From the NCBI GenBank assembly GCA_050084515.1, contig CM114271.1, forward strand, positions 40,734,001 to 40,798,000: a stretch of DNA of 64,000 nt, written 5' to 3'. Position 1 is the stretch's first letter. Each line of letters begins with the position of its first letter. This document shows positions 50,841-64,000 of this stretch, one piece after another. A program made the position numbers and the translations under genes. Below the pieces are notes generated by a model. The model worked only from the letters and a program-made list of their open reading frames with translations, was not told where the DNA came from and did not search any database. This DNA is from Blasia pusilla. Lineage: Eukaryota.

Positions 50841-51893
50841 CATCTAGCCTAAGCTCTACCTGGTACCCAACACCCTCAATAACACGAGAAAAGTGCGAGA
50901 AAAGGGACTTGAATGGGTACTCTAAACACACACGTCATCATTCTAGAGCATGGTCAACCCTAACTACTCCATGTGGTGCGGCAACTTCGGTGGCACAACC
51001 CTCTCCTTGAACGAACAACACGTCAATCCTCCTATCAACATATGCAGACTACCCTTCGGTATCGACGTGTATGTCTCCACCTCTAGCACTCCCTCGCAAA
51101 CTCTCGTCGCGGATCACCCATCTCAACACATACCGATCAACCAAGTGCTAACACCTCGAAACTCTATCAATCAACTCTCACTCAGGAGCAACTCCTATTG
51201 GCTAGCAAATCTCACCACCAATTGTAATCCCTCTCTAGAACCACCATGGCGCAAAAACTATCTCCTACCTTGTCTGACCCATGCTACCACGTTGGTCCAA
51301 CCTACCAAGGCCAACTAATAATCGCGTAGTTATTCTGCCTCGTAACTCTTACCCAACCCTGTACCACGGAAACCTTGTCACGTGCAATACTACAGCTACC
51401 CGCCTACAAGGGATGCTCTAATTTCCTTTGATGAGGCCCTCCTTGTTTACTTAGCTTGCTTCGTTGCTACCTCATCCACATCACCTACGTCGCCACGTCC
51501 CATCTTTAACTCCGTCTTGCTCAATTCCTTGTGCATCCTGCGTGGCAGCTACTCTCAACTTGCTTAGCTCCATGCCTTTCTCAACATGAGTGTCCTATTC
51601 TCCTTCTCATTTTTTCCCAAATGTAAAACTAATTTCCTCTCAAAACTAAAATTTAAATTTCGTTTGCATGAACCTTGAAAAGATGATTTTAAATTTTCAA
51701 ATGAGGAAGATTAAAAAAAATGAAAGAGACACTAGTAGATTTTATCGGGGAAGATGTTTGAATTTGAGTTAATTATAATTAAAACCTTACCCATTCTTGT
51801 TTTCTGCTTAGTAAAGGGTAAAGTTAAAAAAATCATGAATTCATGAGAAATTTGATAGGAGTCTTCAAAGTTTATCAATTAGTAAACAAATTC

Positions 51894-52123
51894 ACTCATT
51901 TTGATCCAAAGTTTGTCTCAAAATATTCTTAATTTCAAGCTTTAGTTGCGAGGGATTTTTTAAGAATATTTTGAGACAAACTCATGCTTGATTTTATTCA
52001 ATATTCAATCATGGCATGTATATTTTATGCCATGAATTAATCTCAAAATATTCTTAATTTCAAGCTTTAGTTGCAAGGGATTTTTTAAGAATATTTTGAG
52101 ACAAACTTTGGATCAAAATGAGT
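51894..52123. repeat. Composite inverted + direct repeat
   Basis: Perfect 39-bp inverted arms 51894-51932 / 52085-52123, plus a 67-bp direct repeat 51916-51982 / 52041-52107 (1 mismatch). Confidence 0.88.
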
Positions 52124-52348
52124 CCTCAAAATGATTACACTTTATTCATTGTGTGTCCTCAAAATGAATCTTTTCCCTTCCAAAAGAGATTAAATGACAT
52201 ATTTCTAATGTATTATGTAATTTCCCTTCCAAAATTAGCTCAAAATTAAAAAAAATCGTTTTTTCCTAAATGTTGAGATAATAATTTTAATTTATAAAAT
52301 AATAAAATGAACTGATAAGGAAAAATAATAAAAAATTTGAGATTCGAT

Positions 52349-52373
52349 ACTTGTCCATTTTTGTGCAACCATG
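52349..52373 (+). mobile_element. Orphan right terminus of the hAT MITE family
   Basis: ACTTGTCCATTTTTGTGCAACCATG is nearly identical to the end of 18400-18695. No matching left end seen. Confidence 0.6.
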
Positions 52374-55300
52374 CCCCCAGCCCACTCTCTTCATGGTATG
52401 GGCCCAATTAGATCCCTCCCCGTAACATTAAACCAGAACCACTGGATTCAAATAAGCGATATGTTACTATGAACATGTTGGGAGGATAAATGTAGACTGT
52501 TAATGATTTTGGATGGCATGGTTTGACCCTTTATTGGAGGATTGTTGGGAAGAAGTTGTGAGTCATATTTTTAAAAGATATTAGAAATTCAAAATATGAG
52601 ATATATGAATAATCTCAACTATTTAATATCCATATTCTGAATTTTTTAACTTTTTGGATGATGATTCTTATCAATAATTTTCTAAGAATTGAGTATTTAA
52701 AAAGAAGATGAAGATTCAAGAGTTATACCTCAGTTTTGGCAATCTACTCTTTAACCATTGATTTCTATTTTATCTAGTTCCTAGATTCCATAAAATTTTC
52801 AGTTCGGGATTTTGGAGACAAACATAAGATTATGTATTGTGGTAATTCATGATGATTAAAATCAAGATGTCTCACAATTTCTTTTTGAATGTTCTAAGAA
52901 TATAAAGAAATTTAATTCTTCAAAGGTAATTCTCTTAATTTTCAAAGTTGTGATCTTGAGAGTTTTTCTTGGAGAAATCGACCTAAGGAAATCTTTCTAT
53001 GATTTTTTTTCCTTCTTTGAATCTCTGAAATTTTCAATTCAGAAAAATAAAGCACAAAAATATTGAGACTATTCCTTCGTGCCCAAAATATGAACAAAAT
53101 CTTTAGAAGAGTGACATCTAAAGTACTAGACACTATATGGTAATATCTCGAAAGAGTTGGCGGTAACTAAAACCTTTGTAGTTGTCATATTACATGCTAC
53201 AAAGTACGTTCCTAGTGGGACAACTTTTGGATGAAGGGAAGTTCATTTCAAATAAAAATATTCATTCTACTCTTTATTTTAATTTTTCAAAATATTTTTC
53301 TTTATTAGGAATATATCTCATTCGATGTAACCAAGTCTGATCATGATGCTACTAAAATTGGTTAAATTTTGGTACCATGGAGAAAATGAATTGTGATAAT
53401 AATCACTACTTTATGGGAGTTCCTTCCAATATATCAAATAGAAATATACGGCATTATTAAAATCGTTTATTTCGAATATTTCCTAGGTATCCCAAGCCAA
53501 TCATCATTGCTCGTAAGGAAAGTGATTAAATTTTTGGAACTCGACGAAAAAGAAGTGTCTTCATAATAAACACCTTCCAATGCGAATTAAAATTTATGAA
53601 ACCTTATCGGGATTCCATACCCAAGATCATGACAAGAATCCCGTTCTTGCAAAGGTCAAACTTAGTAAATGGCGTCTTTTTTTTCCTTTTTTTCTTTAAA
53701 AACTATCTTATTCGTTATAGTTCCAACACATCATGCACCCCGGCGGCCCCCATGCCCGAGGCAAAGAAAAGAGACACACACCAAACAACCCCTCTCTACT
53801 ATAGTGGAAGGAACAAAAAGAGGAGGAGGGACAAATCCATAATGAAACCCTTAGGAAAGTTGATGGGAGAAGAAGTAGAGCACCATATGACGTGAGTGGA
53901 AGAAGAAAAACAAAACTAACCAAGCCCTAAGAAAAGAAACGAGGTAGAAATATGGGTAGAAAGTAAACTACGGCAGCATCCATCCAATAAGAAGGAAGCA
54001 TCTAAATACTATAGGTGGCCAAGAAAAGAAGAGAGGGAGAGGAGAGGAGAAGAGAAGATCCCTCATCGTCAACAAGCGTTTCTCGAGGCAAAATGGATCT
54101 CCCAAGTCCCTAGATACCGTGTTGCATTTGACAATAATATCTTTTCCCGATGAGTGACGGGATCGTCGGGATGGCAGTGATCGGTGGTATCTTGTCCAAA
54201 TGGAAGTGATCAACTCATTCCGCCGCACCTGCAAACGAGAAAACGAACACATTTCCATCCACTTTACCGTTGCTATTCCGCCAACCACACTAGCGAGGTT
54301 CTGGCCACTTTACCGTTAGTATTCCTCCATCTATACGAATCGAACGACACGGGTCTCCTTGCGCGAGAAGACCCATGTTGAATGGTTTAACGAGGAAAAA
54401 TTATGTCCTTTAGACGTGAAACCTTATGAAATATGGTTTCTTAATGTGTTTGGACCACCGTGAAAGTTTACATATGCGTGGCACGGGTGTGCATGAAGTG
54501 GCTCTACGAACAACAACACGTAGTGATCGCTGCCATACTATGTGGCCTTCATATGTTGGTGGACTCTTAGTTCTCGGCTCTTGGTCTTTCACGTCTCCCT
54601 TGTGAGTGGCCGACTCCCTTCTTGTTTCACTTTTCCGATAGGACCGAAGAGAATCAATGCCTTCGATGAGAATTGCGTCCGTTTCAGGAGGTTTTGTTTG
54701 GAATGCCATTTCACTTTTCCCATGGACCTCAGAGAAAGCGTTGTTGAATGAAAGAGCTTCGAGGCAGCTCCTCATAGGTCATGAAACGAAGGACATCTAA
54801 AAGAGTGCCATTTGTTCACATTTGCTCCTCACAAAACAACCGGCTTGTTTATGCATTCAAAGAATCATTCCAATTTTCAAAAGGGTGTCCCACAAGAGGC
54901 GAACTGCCATGAGAACTCGGCGATGAAGCCTTAAGCCTATCTCGATAAACACTTGAAGTAAAACTGCCCAACTGCCGATGAAATAGGAACGTGATCTCCA
55001 AGTGGAGCCCATCTCTAGACTACCAAACCCTTAAGTTGATGAAATTGATAGCGCGAATATCTATCACGCGAAATTCGAGGACCGAACTTCCAAGCTCCGC
55101 GTGTTGGGGCGTCGCTTGATTTCCGCGTGTTTTGCGTATGCTTTGCAGCGGCTTCCGGATGGTCATGTTCCCAAAGATGGACAAGGAGAGGACGGACTGA
55201 AGTCCATAACAACTAGTGTAGGATGGTCAAGGCTTGAACTTGGCTCCGAAGTCCAAAAGCTTGTAGAATTCGCGGCGGCACACGGACTCTCAGTGAAGCC

Positions 55301-57655
55301 CACCGGAGACGTGTAAAAGCTAACAAGCGAGAGAAATTAGCCCATGGAAGTAGGAGTTGCTTACGCGTCGATGTCGATCAGCCCGTCAACTGCCATCGGA
55401 GCTCACCCACGATCTCCGCTACGCTACGACGTTCAACCCGACGATTCCATGAAAGCGTCCAACAGGTACAACCTAACAGCGCGGTTCAAACCGTTCTACG
55501 CACAACTCCACGAAAATTCACCATAATCTAAACGGGATAAGTACCCCGTTTTCTTCTATGAGTGTTCAATTTTACATCATTTTTAGTCTATTATAATTGG
55601 AGTATTCTAATTGAAAAAATCGATTTCACGTAGCAATTTCCTCTCCTTTTCATTCCTTCAATTAAATATTCCTAAATTTCATAAATTAATACCTGATTCT
55701 GAAATTATTTATGAGAAGTAATGTGTACTTCGTAGACATAGATAAAAAAAAGACCTGACACCGCCCCAGACAGGGTCAGCTTTTAACCGCCCTAATATTG
55801 TAGAACATATGTGTGCTAGAATGCAGATGAACTCTTGGAGACTCTGACCAAAGTCCACTGTTCAACACCAATCCAAGGCCACGCACTTCCACAGCAGTGC
55901 AAGACGACTTTGACAATCCTCGCCGGACAGGATCTGTGACATCAGTGCCCAGCCCTGGTGAGCACACCTTCCACTGCCATCTCGTTGTGGGCGCTCATCA
56001 CGAGACGCTAGCGCGTTTGTTCACGTCCACTATGATTGCCTGCGTCACACGTCCATCAATGCATGGAGTTTCTCGAATTTCGACCATCCGGTCAGCTGTG
56101 GATATGGATGGGACCCTGCAGCTTCCGAGGCGGGCTCGGGCTGTCCAGGTGCAATCCAGCCCCAAGATCAGTTGAACGGAAGTAAGCCAAACACCAACTC
56201 CAATGCATTAGGCATGCAGGCAGCCAGACAAACATTCTTGCAGCATGTGAAAAATATACGGAACGGGAAGAAGACTGACTTGGTCATAACCCAGGTTCGT
56301 TATGTTTGTCAGGCCGACTGACATGAATGTGTATGCACTACAAGCAGATAATCGCTCGTCCTCCGTCATCTCACGAGAAATTATCAGTCGGACTTGGGAA
56401 AAGAAACACAACATCCAAACTTTTCATTAGGTTGGGAAGAATCATTCCACTATGTTGGGCGCATAGTGAAACAACGGATGCTGCTGCTGCTTTCCATCTG
56501 TGCTCTTTGAAACAAGGAGTATAACACTTGGTTTCATTCCTACTTTCTATGATACACTGCCATCTGAAAACATGGCCTTCAAAATACGCTCGACTGAGCT
56601 TTCTCCAGGACGAGGCCTGGCTATCAATAAATTAAGAGCGGTGTAAACATTAACATATACTACAGCCTTCGAAGTTGAATACCAACTTCCGAATAATATG
56701 TATCCTAGGAATCTTATCTGAACACCCATAGGCCAGAAGACGTCACTGCTAAACAATACACCATCAACTACTTCTTTGATATGAATAAAATTTACAAAAG
56801 CGGCGTAACTGAAACCCAACATGGGATCATGACAACTGGTAATAGGACGTAGAGGGGGTGGTGTGAAGCACTAGTAAATTTTTTAAAAACTATGCCACCT
56901 ACCACACACACCAAAGAATGAATTTGCATTACAACATGAAAGACGATGGTCGCCTGAGGCCGAGGCTAAATACACTCCAAGGATCCATCCAAAAACAAGA
57001 AATTGTAGGAAGGACTGTTGACTGATGAACTTTGTGCAAGTCTCAAGCCATCCATGAGCCTCTGGCATGGGAGCCCTCTTAATTGGAATGGAGATACCCA
57101 CTTCAAAGCCCATCTTTCAAGACTGCTGGTGTTGTGACTGATCAGAGAAGCAAAGAGAATCCAACCAAAACCCACTTCATACACGAGAAAATACAACTAT
57201 TGAAGCCGTAGTCTCCGTGTCAACAAAACCACTGCAACAGCGCGCCCCACAAATCACCGTTAATGCTGTCCATTTCTTGTGTAAGACTTCTTGGGATAGA
57301 CAGATGCAAGTCTCCGATTCTGAGTCATGAACATCCAATTGGCTCTTCCTTCGACAGGGACCTGAAAGTTCATGGCATGTGAACATCCGGACAAGCAACG
57401 ATGACTGGTCAGTTACATCAGTTGATGAGTCTCGAAAAGGGATTGTGCCAAAAAATCTGAGTTTGCACTGCGACCCATAGCCTTGAACATCGGAAAAGGT
57501 GACTCCCAAAACTAGACCAGACATCCAGCGCAGCTACAAAACGTACCAGTAATGAGTCAAATGAAACTAAACGAACATCTGGATCTAAAACTCGCAAAAT
57601 GCTTGAGACTACGGTGAAACCCACCTCGTGAGCATCTCGAACATCTACACACTCT

Positions 57656-57757
57656 TCAAGCTTTAGAGCTCCCAAAGATTGAAGACACAGATTGAGAACA
57701 CCACAGAAAAATTGAGAGAGGAAATGTCGAGTCGCTGATATCATCCTCCGTGATTAT
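57656..57757 (-). CDS. Acidic repeat protein, predicted last exon (IITEDDISDSTFPLSIFLWCSQSVSSIFGSSKA*)
   Basis: TTGCAG acceptor ending at 57758, phase-0 compatible with the GAA|GTAAGT donor at 57904. 34 codons to TGA at 57658-57656. Confidence 0.65.
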   Translation of the reverse strand: MITEDDISDSTFPLSIFLWCSQSVSSIFGSSKA

Positions 57758-57904
57758 CTGCAAAATATTCAGGCATTCTCACGATAAGTAATGTTGCTAC
57801 CAAACCACACTAGTTACACCACTTTAGAAGTGTTTGCTCTCCACGAGGGGAATCGCTAGATAGTTTGAAGGGGAGCTTCTCTCCATACAAAATTCAACAC
57901 TTAC

Positions 57905-58905
57905 TTCATGTTTTGGTGGTTTCGTTACGACGGACTTCGGAGGAGTGGATGTTGCGGCAGGACGGCGGTCTTGCTCAGACACCATTCTCCAATCCTCGAC
58001 TGCAGAAGGCCCCTCATGCTCGACGAGTGTTGATTCAGATTTCTGTAGGACGGCGGTGATGAAGTCACCGGACATTGATCCTTTAATGCTCGCCGGTGCA
58101 GAACTGTCACCTACCTCACCTTGTCGGACGATCTGGACTTCTGCTGGATTTCTTACAAGAGCCTCGGAATCCACATCGTTACCTTGCTGGACTTCCAAGC
58201 CTGAGGCAGGAGGGCCAAGACTGCCTTCTGAAGAGAGATCAGTAGCAGTTAATGCTGCACTTCCTTCCAAAATATGAATCGCGGCTCCACACTCAACATT
58301 ACTGGGTCCATCGGAAATTTCCGTCACTAGACTTTCTTGTGTCAAGTCTGTATGCAGAACCCGCGTTTCACAGACAAGCTCTCCTGCAGATTCGACAGTC
58401 TTCTTTGTGTTTGGACTGCTAAAAGAGGTCATTTTCACTGATTCAGCTGGCCAATCTTTAACGATAATGTGCTTCTCTGCAATATCTTCAGACCCACTGA
58501 GATCCTGAGGACCCATGATACAAGAATCACTTTCTGAAAAGCAAGCGACACTCTCAACAGAAGACTGGTCGTTAGATTCGCTAGAGTTGCCAACTGCCGG
58601 CCCAAATCTCAGAGTGGCATTGGACACATCTTCAGAGTTCTTCAGAAACACATCGCTGGTGTCCAACTTATCCTTGGTCTGATTTTCACCATCATCTAAT
58701 CTCTCTGTGCCCTCGCTTACACTATTCGACAAGATATTTGTAGATGAGTCGTCTTCTTGGGCATAACCTGCCACACTTTCCTCTGGAAGCTCACTCAACT
58801 CGCTTTCATCGATGACAGTGATGACTCTCTCTGAAGTATTCCACTCTTCATCTTCTTGCACCTCCTTTTCGAATGGACTCTCTTCTTGAGGCATATCTGC
58901 GTTCC
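57905..58905 (-). CDS. Acidic repeat protein, internal exon
   Basis: Within the 363-aa E/D/S-rich ORF. TGTAG acceptor ending at 58906 and strong GTAAGT donor at 57904. Confidence 0.8.
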
Positions 58906-58955
58906 CTACAGTCACGAAGAAAGAATATTGGCAAATAGTTTACTTCTTGACTAAC

Positions 58956-60555
58956 GTCCTAACCCGACAAGGTGTCCAACATCACTCATAGCAATCAAAT
59001 TATTGTTGGAGATTTTCAATGAATGGAAATCTTCATTACCTGGTTCGTCGACTGGAGCAGCCTCGGTGCCACGAATTTCTGCTCGTAAAGTTTCCACCAA
59101 TTTCCCGTGTAATTGAACGTCATCAATTGCACTGACTTTCTCGCAAGGGCTCTCCTCATTTTGGTCTTTTTCTGGAATCGTTTCCTCAACTGCTGAGACC
59201 TCTGTCCTGATCTGAGTATGGAAATGAATTGAGGCCTCGCCAATTTCTTTGTCCTGAAAGACCTTCTCATCCATTTCAGGTCTTCTCTCCAGAACTGTTA
59301 CTTCAGATACTAAATCGTCTGGTTCCATCCCCTCTTCTTCCCCAACATCGGCTGATGATGATTGTCTTAGAGCTATATCTTCTCCCTTCTCTGGGATATT
59401 GCTTGCGACTCCTGAATCTGGAGTTCCGTTTTCTACCGTTACACCTGACTCTGCCAAATCATCAACCAGTCGAGTGCTCTTAACTTGCCATTCCTCTTGG
59501 TTTCCTCCAATTTTAGAGCTCCCTCCTGAGTTATCTGACTCAATACTAGAAATATGTGAGATTGTCTCATCTGACAGCCCTGCCACGGATAGAGTAACTA
59601 AGCCATCTCCAGCAGCTGTTTCTGAGTCTGAGATGACCTCTGGCTTCTCTCTTTTGTCTACAGTTTCAAAACTCCCCAGCATCTCCTGTGCTTCGGAGAC
59701 ATTTTCCAAGTTTGCATTCGCTTTCAGAGAGGTCAAAAGACTGTGTTCTCTGGCATTTCTAGCCACACCTCCAAAAGTCCCAAACTCATCCTCAGAAGCG
59801 CTCACGTCTGCCATGGCTGGCAATTCAAGGGCCTCATCAACTGTGTCTTCTGCACTTCCACTATTTTCTCCATGATTTCTTTCTGCCTCTTGTGAACCTG
59901 TACCACTATACGTCTCAGTTGGAGCGATAACTAGAGGCACTTCACCCTCGCCTTCCATCTCCACACCAATTAAGAGCATACTTTCAACCTCTGCGAAATC
60001 TTTTGGAGCCTCCATCTGTGAAGTTCCATCACTACCCACATCATCTTTGCTGACACTGTCGACTACCTCTCGTTCTCCTTCAAGGTTTAGGCATTCCTCT
60101 AATCCCGTTGAAATCAAGCTATCAAGTTTGGCTGAATCTTCTACATTCTTCAGGTCAGTCACCAGGGCGGAATCTTGTGTCTGTGACTCCGTAGTCGTAT
60201 GCTGAGTTAAATCTGCGACCTCAATTTCCACCCCAGGCAGATCCGCTTTGTCATTGAAGGTGAAATCATCTACTTCAATGTCCTTTGGAACGTGTGTCTC
60301 GGCAACCATTTGCAGGGTCCCATCATGTACCCGTGAAACTAGAGGAGTGATTTCTGCAGGATCTTGTGGAATCTCTGATGCTCCTGGGACAGAATGGCCT
60401 GGAGAACTTAACTCAGTAGCAGCCCCCAGACCCTGCTCTTCGACTCCAACCTCCGCACTTTCATGCTTCTCACCTGCACTTTCCCAATCACTGCCTTTAT
60501 TAAATCGGTATAGATTACCTTCCACAAAATCCAAATTCAAAACTTCTGAACCAGC
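58956..60555 (-). CDS. Acidic repeat protein, internal exon (boundaries approximate)
   Basis: Within the 550-aa E/D/S-rich ORF. Several phase-1 AG acceptors at ~60545-60590 and phase-1 GT donors at ~58955 or ~58986. Confidence 0.78.
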
Positions 60556-60930
60556 TATGCCCGAGCACGAATTTGTTAATAAGAAACCTGGGTGAGGTGA
60601 CAAAATAAGAATTACGCAACCTGAGCCAATCCCAACTCATCACGCAAGTAGTCCAGGTTGGCACACTGACAGTGTACCATTTTTTCTACAAATCAGGGAG
60701 GATTAAGAGTACCTCTACATAAGCTAGAACAAATAGGAACACCGATTTTCAGAAGAAGTCTCAGAACAAGAGAAGAACTTAGGAGTAAGCAAGATAAATT
60801 TAATCTGTTGGCTTTCGGAGTCCACTGAGAAAAGGGGCGAACAGACAGCCAAAAGTTTGGACGCAAAAACGAAAGAACCAACCTCCTAGCGAGTTGAGGA
60901 AACATATATACATTCCATCTGCAGATACAC

Positions 60931-63900
60931 CTTTTGATTCACTACATTTGATTTTCCCTTCCGACTGCAACTTACCCCCATCCGGCAGAGTCTCTCCGTG
61001 TTCATATATTGACACCCCACCGGAAGGCAACATAGGTTCAGTTGAGACTTGTTCCTCTCTTTCAAGAAGAGATTGCTCTCTCTCAAGTGAGCTCGTTGCA
61101 TTCCTGTCAGGTGAGGTTTCAGCTTCCCTTTCTGCTGCGTCAGGCATAGAAGCAACTTCACATTCATCTGCTGATATCAAGAATTTCATCTCAGCTAAGC
61201 CTGCCGTCTCAACCCCTAATCCAACAAGTTCGGCTGGAAAGTCAGATCCCTCTTCACATTGCTCGTCTAAACTCTCGTTAATGTCAATCAAAATAGGAGA
61301 TTCATTTTCTTTTCGATCCGATTCTCCAGCCTCAGCCTCCAAGTTCTCACTCTTGTCAACTAACGTGGGGAAGTCAACTGCTCTCACATCCGATCCCGTG
61401 GCTCTAGATTCCAGGTTGTGACTCATGTCAACAATCTCAGTGATTTCATCCGCTGCTTTAAGGTCAAATGATCGGCCCTCAACTTCCAAGTTTTCAGCTA
61501 CAGAACTGACTACAGTTTCCAATTTATTATTACTTTCAATCGTAGTATTAGATTCATATGGTGCAACCAGCGCTCGTCCTTCAGCATCCAAGTTCTCCTT
61601 GTTATCAAATGTGATCGCAAATTCATCTGTTAGGAGAGCTGACGCTTGCACTTCATCTCCCAAGTTCCATTTCCTGTCAAGTAAACTGGAAGATTCATCT
61701 GCTGTCACATCTGATACTACGGCTCCAGTCACCAAGTTCTCATTCCTGTTGCTTATAATAGCAGAATCATTAGCTGTCACTTCTAATGCTCCAGCTCCAG
61801 CTCCCAAATTCTCCTCTCTATCAACTCTGGTTTCAGATTCATCCTCTGTGACGGATGATGATCCCGCTTCGAATTCCAACCTCTCCTTCCTGTCCCTTGT
61901 GATCTCAGAATGATCTGCTTTGACATCAGATACGTTTGATCCTCCCAGTTCACTTTCCACGTTCTGAGTGCTGTCAAACATAATTGGAGTCTCTTCTTCT
62001 TTCGACACGTATGGCGCTCCAGCTTCAGCGTCCAGGTTTTCAATAGGGCTAGATGAAGTGGGAAACTCATCTTCTCGGACTTCGACTTCCAGGTTCTCCT
62101 TCATGTCGTCCTCGGTCGGAGATTCGTCCTCTCTCACATCTGATCCACCTTCAGCTTCCCAGACCTCAGTTCTGTCAAACGAAGTGGAAGATTCATCTTG
62201 TGCCAGGACTGATGGTCGGACGTTTGTCTCCGACTTCTCATTTACGCCATCCAGAATATCGGAATCCTCTGCAACTAAATCTGACGCTGTAGCTTCAGCT
62301 TCCGAGTTCCTCACCCTGTCAACGACTATCTCAGATTCATCTTCTGTTACATCTGATGTCACCCCAGTTACCAAGTTCTCATTACCATCAGCCAAAGAGG
62401 GAGATTCATCTGCTTGTACATCTGGTACTCCAACTACTGTCTCGAAATTTTCAGCCGTGTCACCTGTGACGACAGGTTCACCTGATGCCATATCTGGTGC
62501 TAACACGTCACCTTCCGAGCTCGGAGCTTCAGCTTCCAATTCCACTTTCTCATCTACCAAAGCAGGAATTTCATCTTCTCTCGCAACTGACAATCCCAAT
62601 TCGGTTTCCAGCTTCTCTTCCCTGTCAACTGTGATTTCAGATACACTTCTTGTGCCATCAAATCCTACCACTTCGGCGTCCGAATTCTCTTTCAGGTCTC
62701 CAATGATTTCAGGATCATCTACTCTGACATCTGAGGTTTCTAATTCTCTCCATACACTTTCCACGTACCGAGGGCCGTCCTTAACAACAGAAGACTCGTC
62801 TTTCGATAGTAAAGCTTCAGCCTCCGGGTTCTCTGTCAAACTAGCTGAATTGGGAAAATCCTTTCCTCGGACATCTGCTCCACTCGCTTCCGAGCTCTCC
62901 ATCCTATCAACTGAAGCACGAGAGTTATCTTCTTTCACGTCTGATGCTTCAGATTGAGCTTCCAAATCCTCCTTCATGTCAACTACGATCTCAGTTTCAT
63001 CTTTCGCTCCTGCTATTTCCTCAAAAATTTCAATCTTGTCACCTTCAAGGACAGACTCACCCAATGTCGAATCTGATGCCGACACTTCATCGTTCAAGTT
63101 TTGAATCCCGTCAACTTCACCTGGGCATTCACCGACGCTCACATCTAGTGCTCTGGTTTCAAATCCCAAGGTCTCAACCATATCAGATGTAAGAGGAGAA
63201 TCATCGTCTTGCATACTTGATGCTCTCACTTCAGCTTCCAAGTGCTCCTTCCCGTCTACTGGAGTCAGAGATTCATCCTCTTTCGCACCTGATGCTCCTA
63301 CTCCAGATTCCGGATTCTCCTCCTGGTCAACTGGCGTTCCAGATTCATCCACTCTCACCTTGGATGATACCACCTCCCCTTCCAAGTTCTCCTTCGTGTA
63401 CCAAGTGACCTCGGAATCAACCACTTTGACATCTGATACTTCTGATTCTTCCCGTTCACTTCCCACGTTTTGAGCGCTCTCAAGTGCACTAGGAGACTCA
63501 TTTTTCGGCACATCCGATGCTCCAGCCTCAGCCGCCAAGTTGTCGGTTCCACAAGTTGGAAGAGAATCATCTTCTCCAACATCTAATGCCATCTCTTCAG
63601 CTTCCAAGTTCTCTTTTCTGTCAACTGAGGTCGGGGATTCCCCATCTATCGCATGTGAAGCTCTAGCTTCAACCTCCAAGTCCTCCTCCCCGTCGACTAC
63701 GGTCTGAGATTCGTCAGGTACGACATCTGATGCGCCCTCTTCAGCTTCCAAGTCCTCGTTCCTGTCGACTGAGGTGGAAGATTCACTCACCGTGACATCT
63801 GACGGCCGGATTTCAGCTTCCAAATCCTCATCCCTGTCGACTGAATCGGGAAATTCATCTGCTTGGACATCTAAAGCTCCGCCTTCTGTTTCCAAGGTTC

Positions 63901-64000
63901 CATTCCTGCCATTTATGGAGACAGACTCATCTGCAGTCACATCTGATGCTCCCACTTCTCGGACTTCCGATGCACCAGAGTCATCTTCCAAGTTCTCCAC
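60931..64000 (-). CDS. Acidic repeat protein, large exon with ~24-aa repeats (open at window edge)
   Basis: More than 1000 codons without a stop. Repeat unit like ENLEAEAGASDVTEDESPTSVDRK. Candidate phase-1 donor AAAG|GTGTAT at 60930. Confidence 0.88.

Noticed and set aside
57945-62957. Long Ser-rich + strand ORFs (e.g. 61968-62957, 61425-61913, 60894-61421, 59399-59875)
   Set aside because: Antisense shadows of the acidic minus-strand exons. GAA/GAT codons read as TTC/ATC/TCx and leave the opposite frame open.

Overview
Eukaryotic, land-plant-like DNA. A bryophyte or liverwort origin is my inference from gene style and TE content, not proven. Two host genes are supported: an intronless bHLH transcription factor (25761-27383, +) and the 3' part of a giant, very acidic 24-aa-repeat protein (57656->64000, -, at least 4 exons). 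Much of the rest is transposon-derived: hAT-type MITEs with CAAGGTTGCA...TGCAACCAT/TTG ends and 8-bp TSDs (including a three-level self-nest at 18.1-19.1 kb), a decayed MULE transposase, and a nested Ty3/gypsy cluster at 38.3-50.8 kb. The standout is a decayed gypsy element (39018-48182, -) whose pol reads protease - C5 cytosine DNA methyltransferase - RT - RNase H - integrase - PHD finger. It therefore carries both a DNA-methylation writer and a histone-reader domain, and it sits inside the gag of a related element. All alignments and counts were done by eye.
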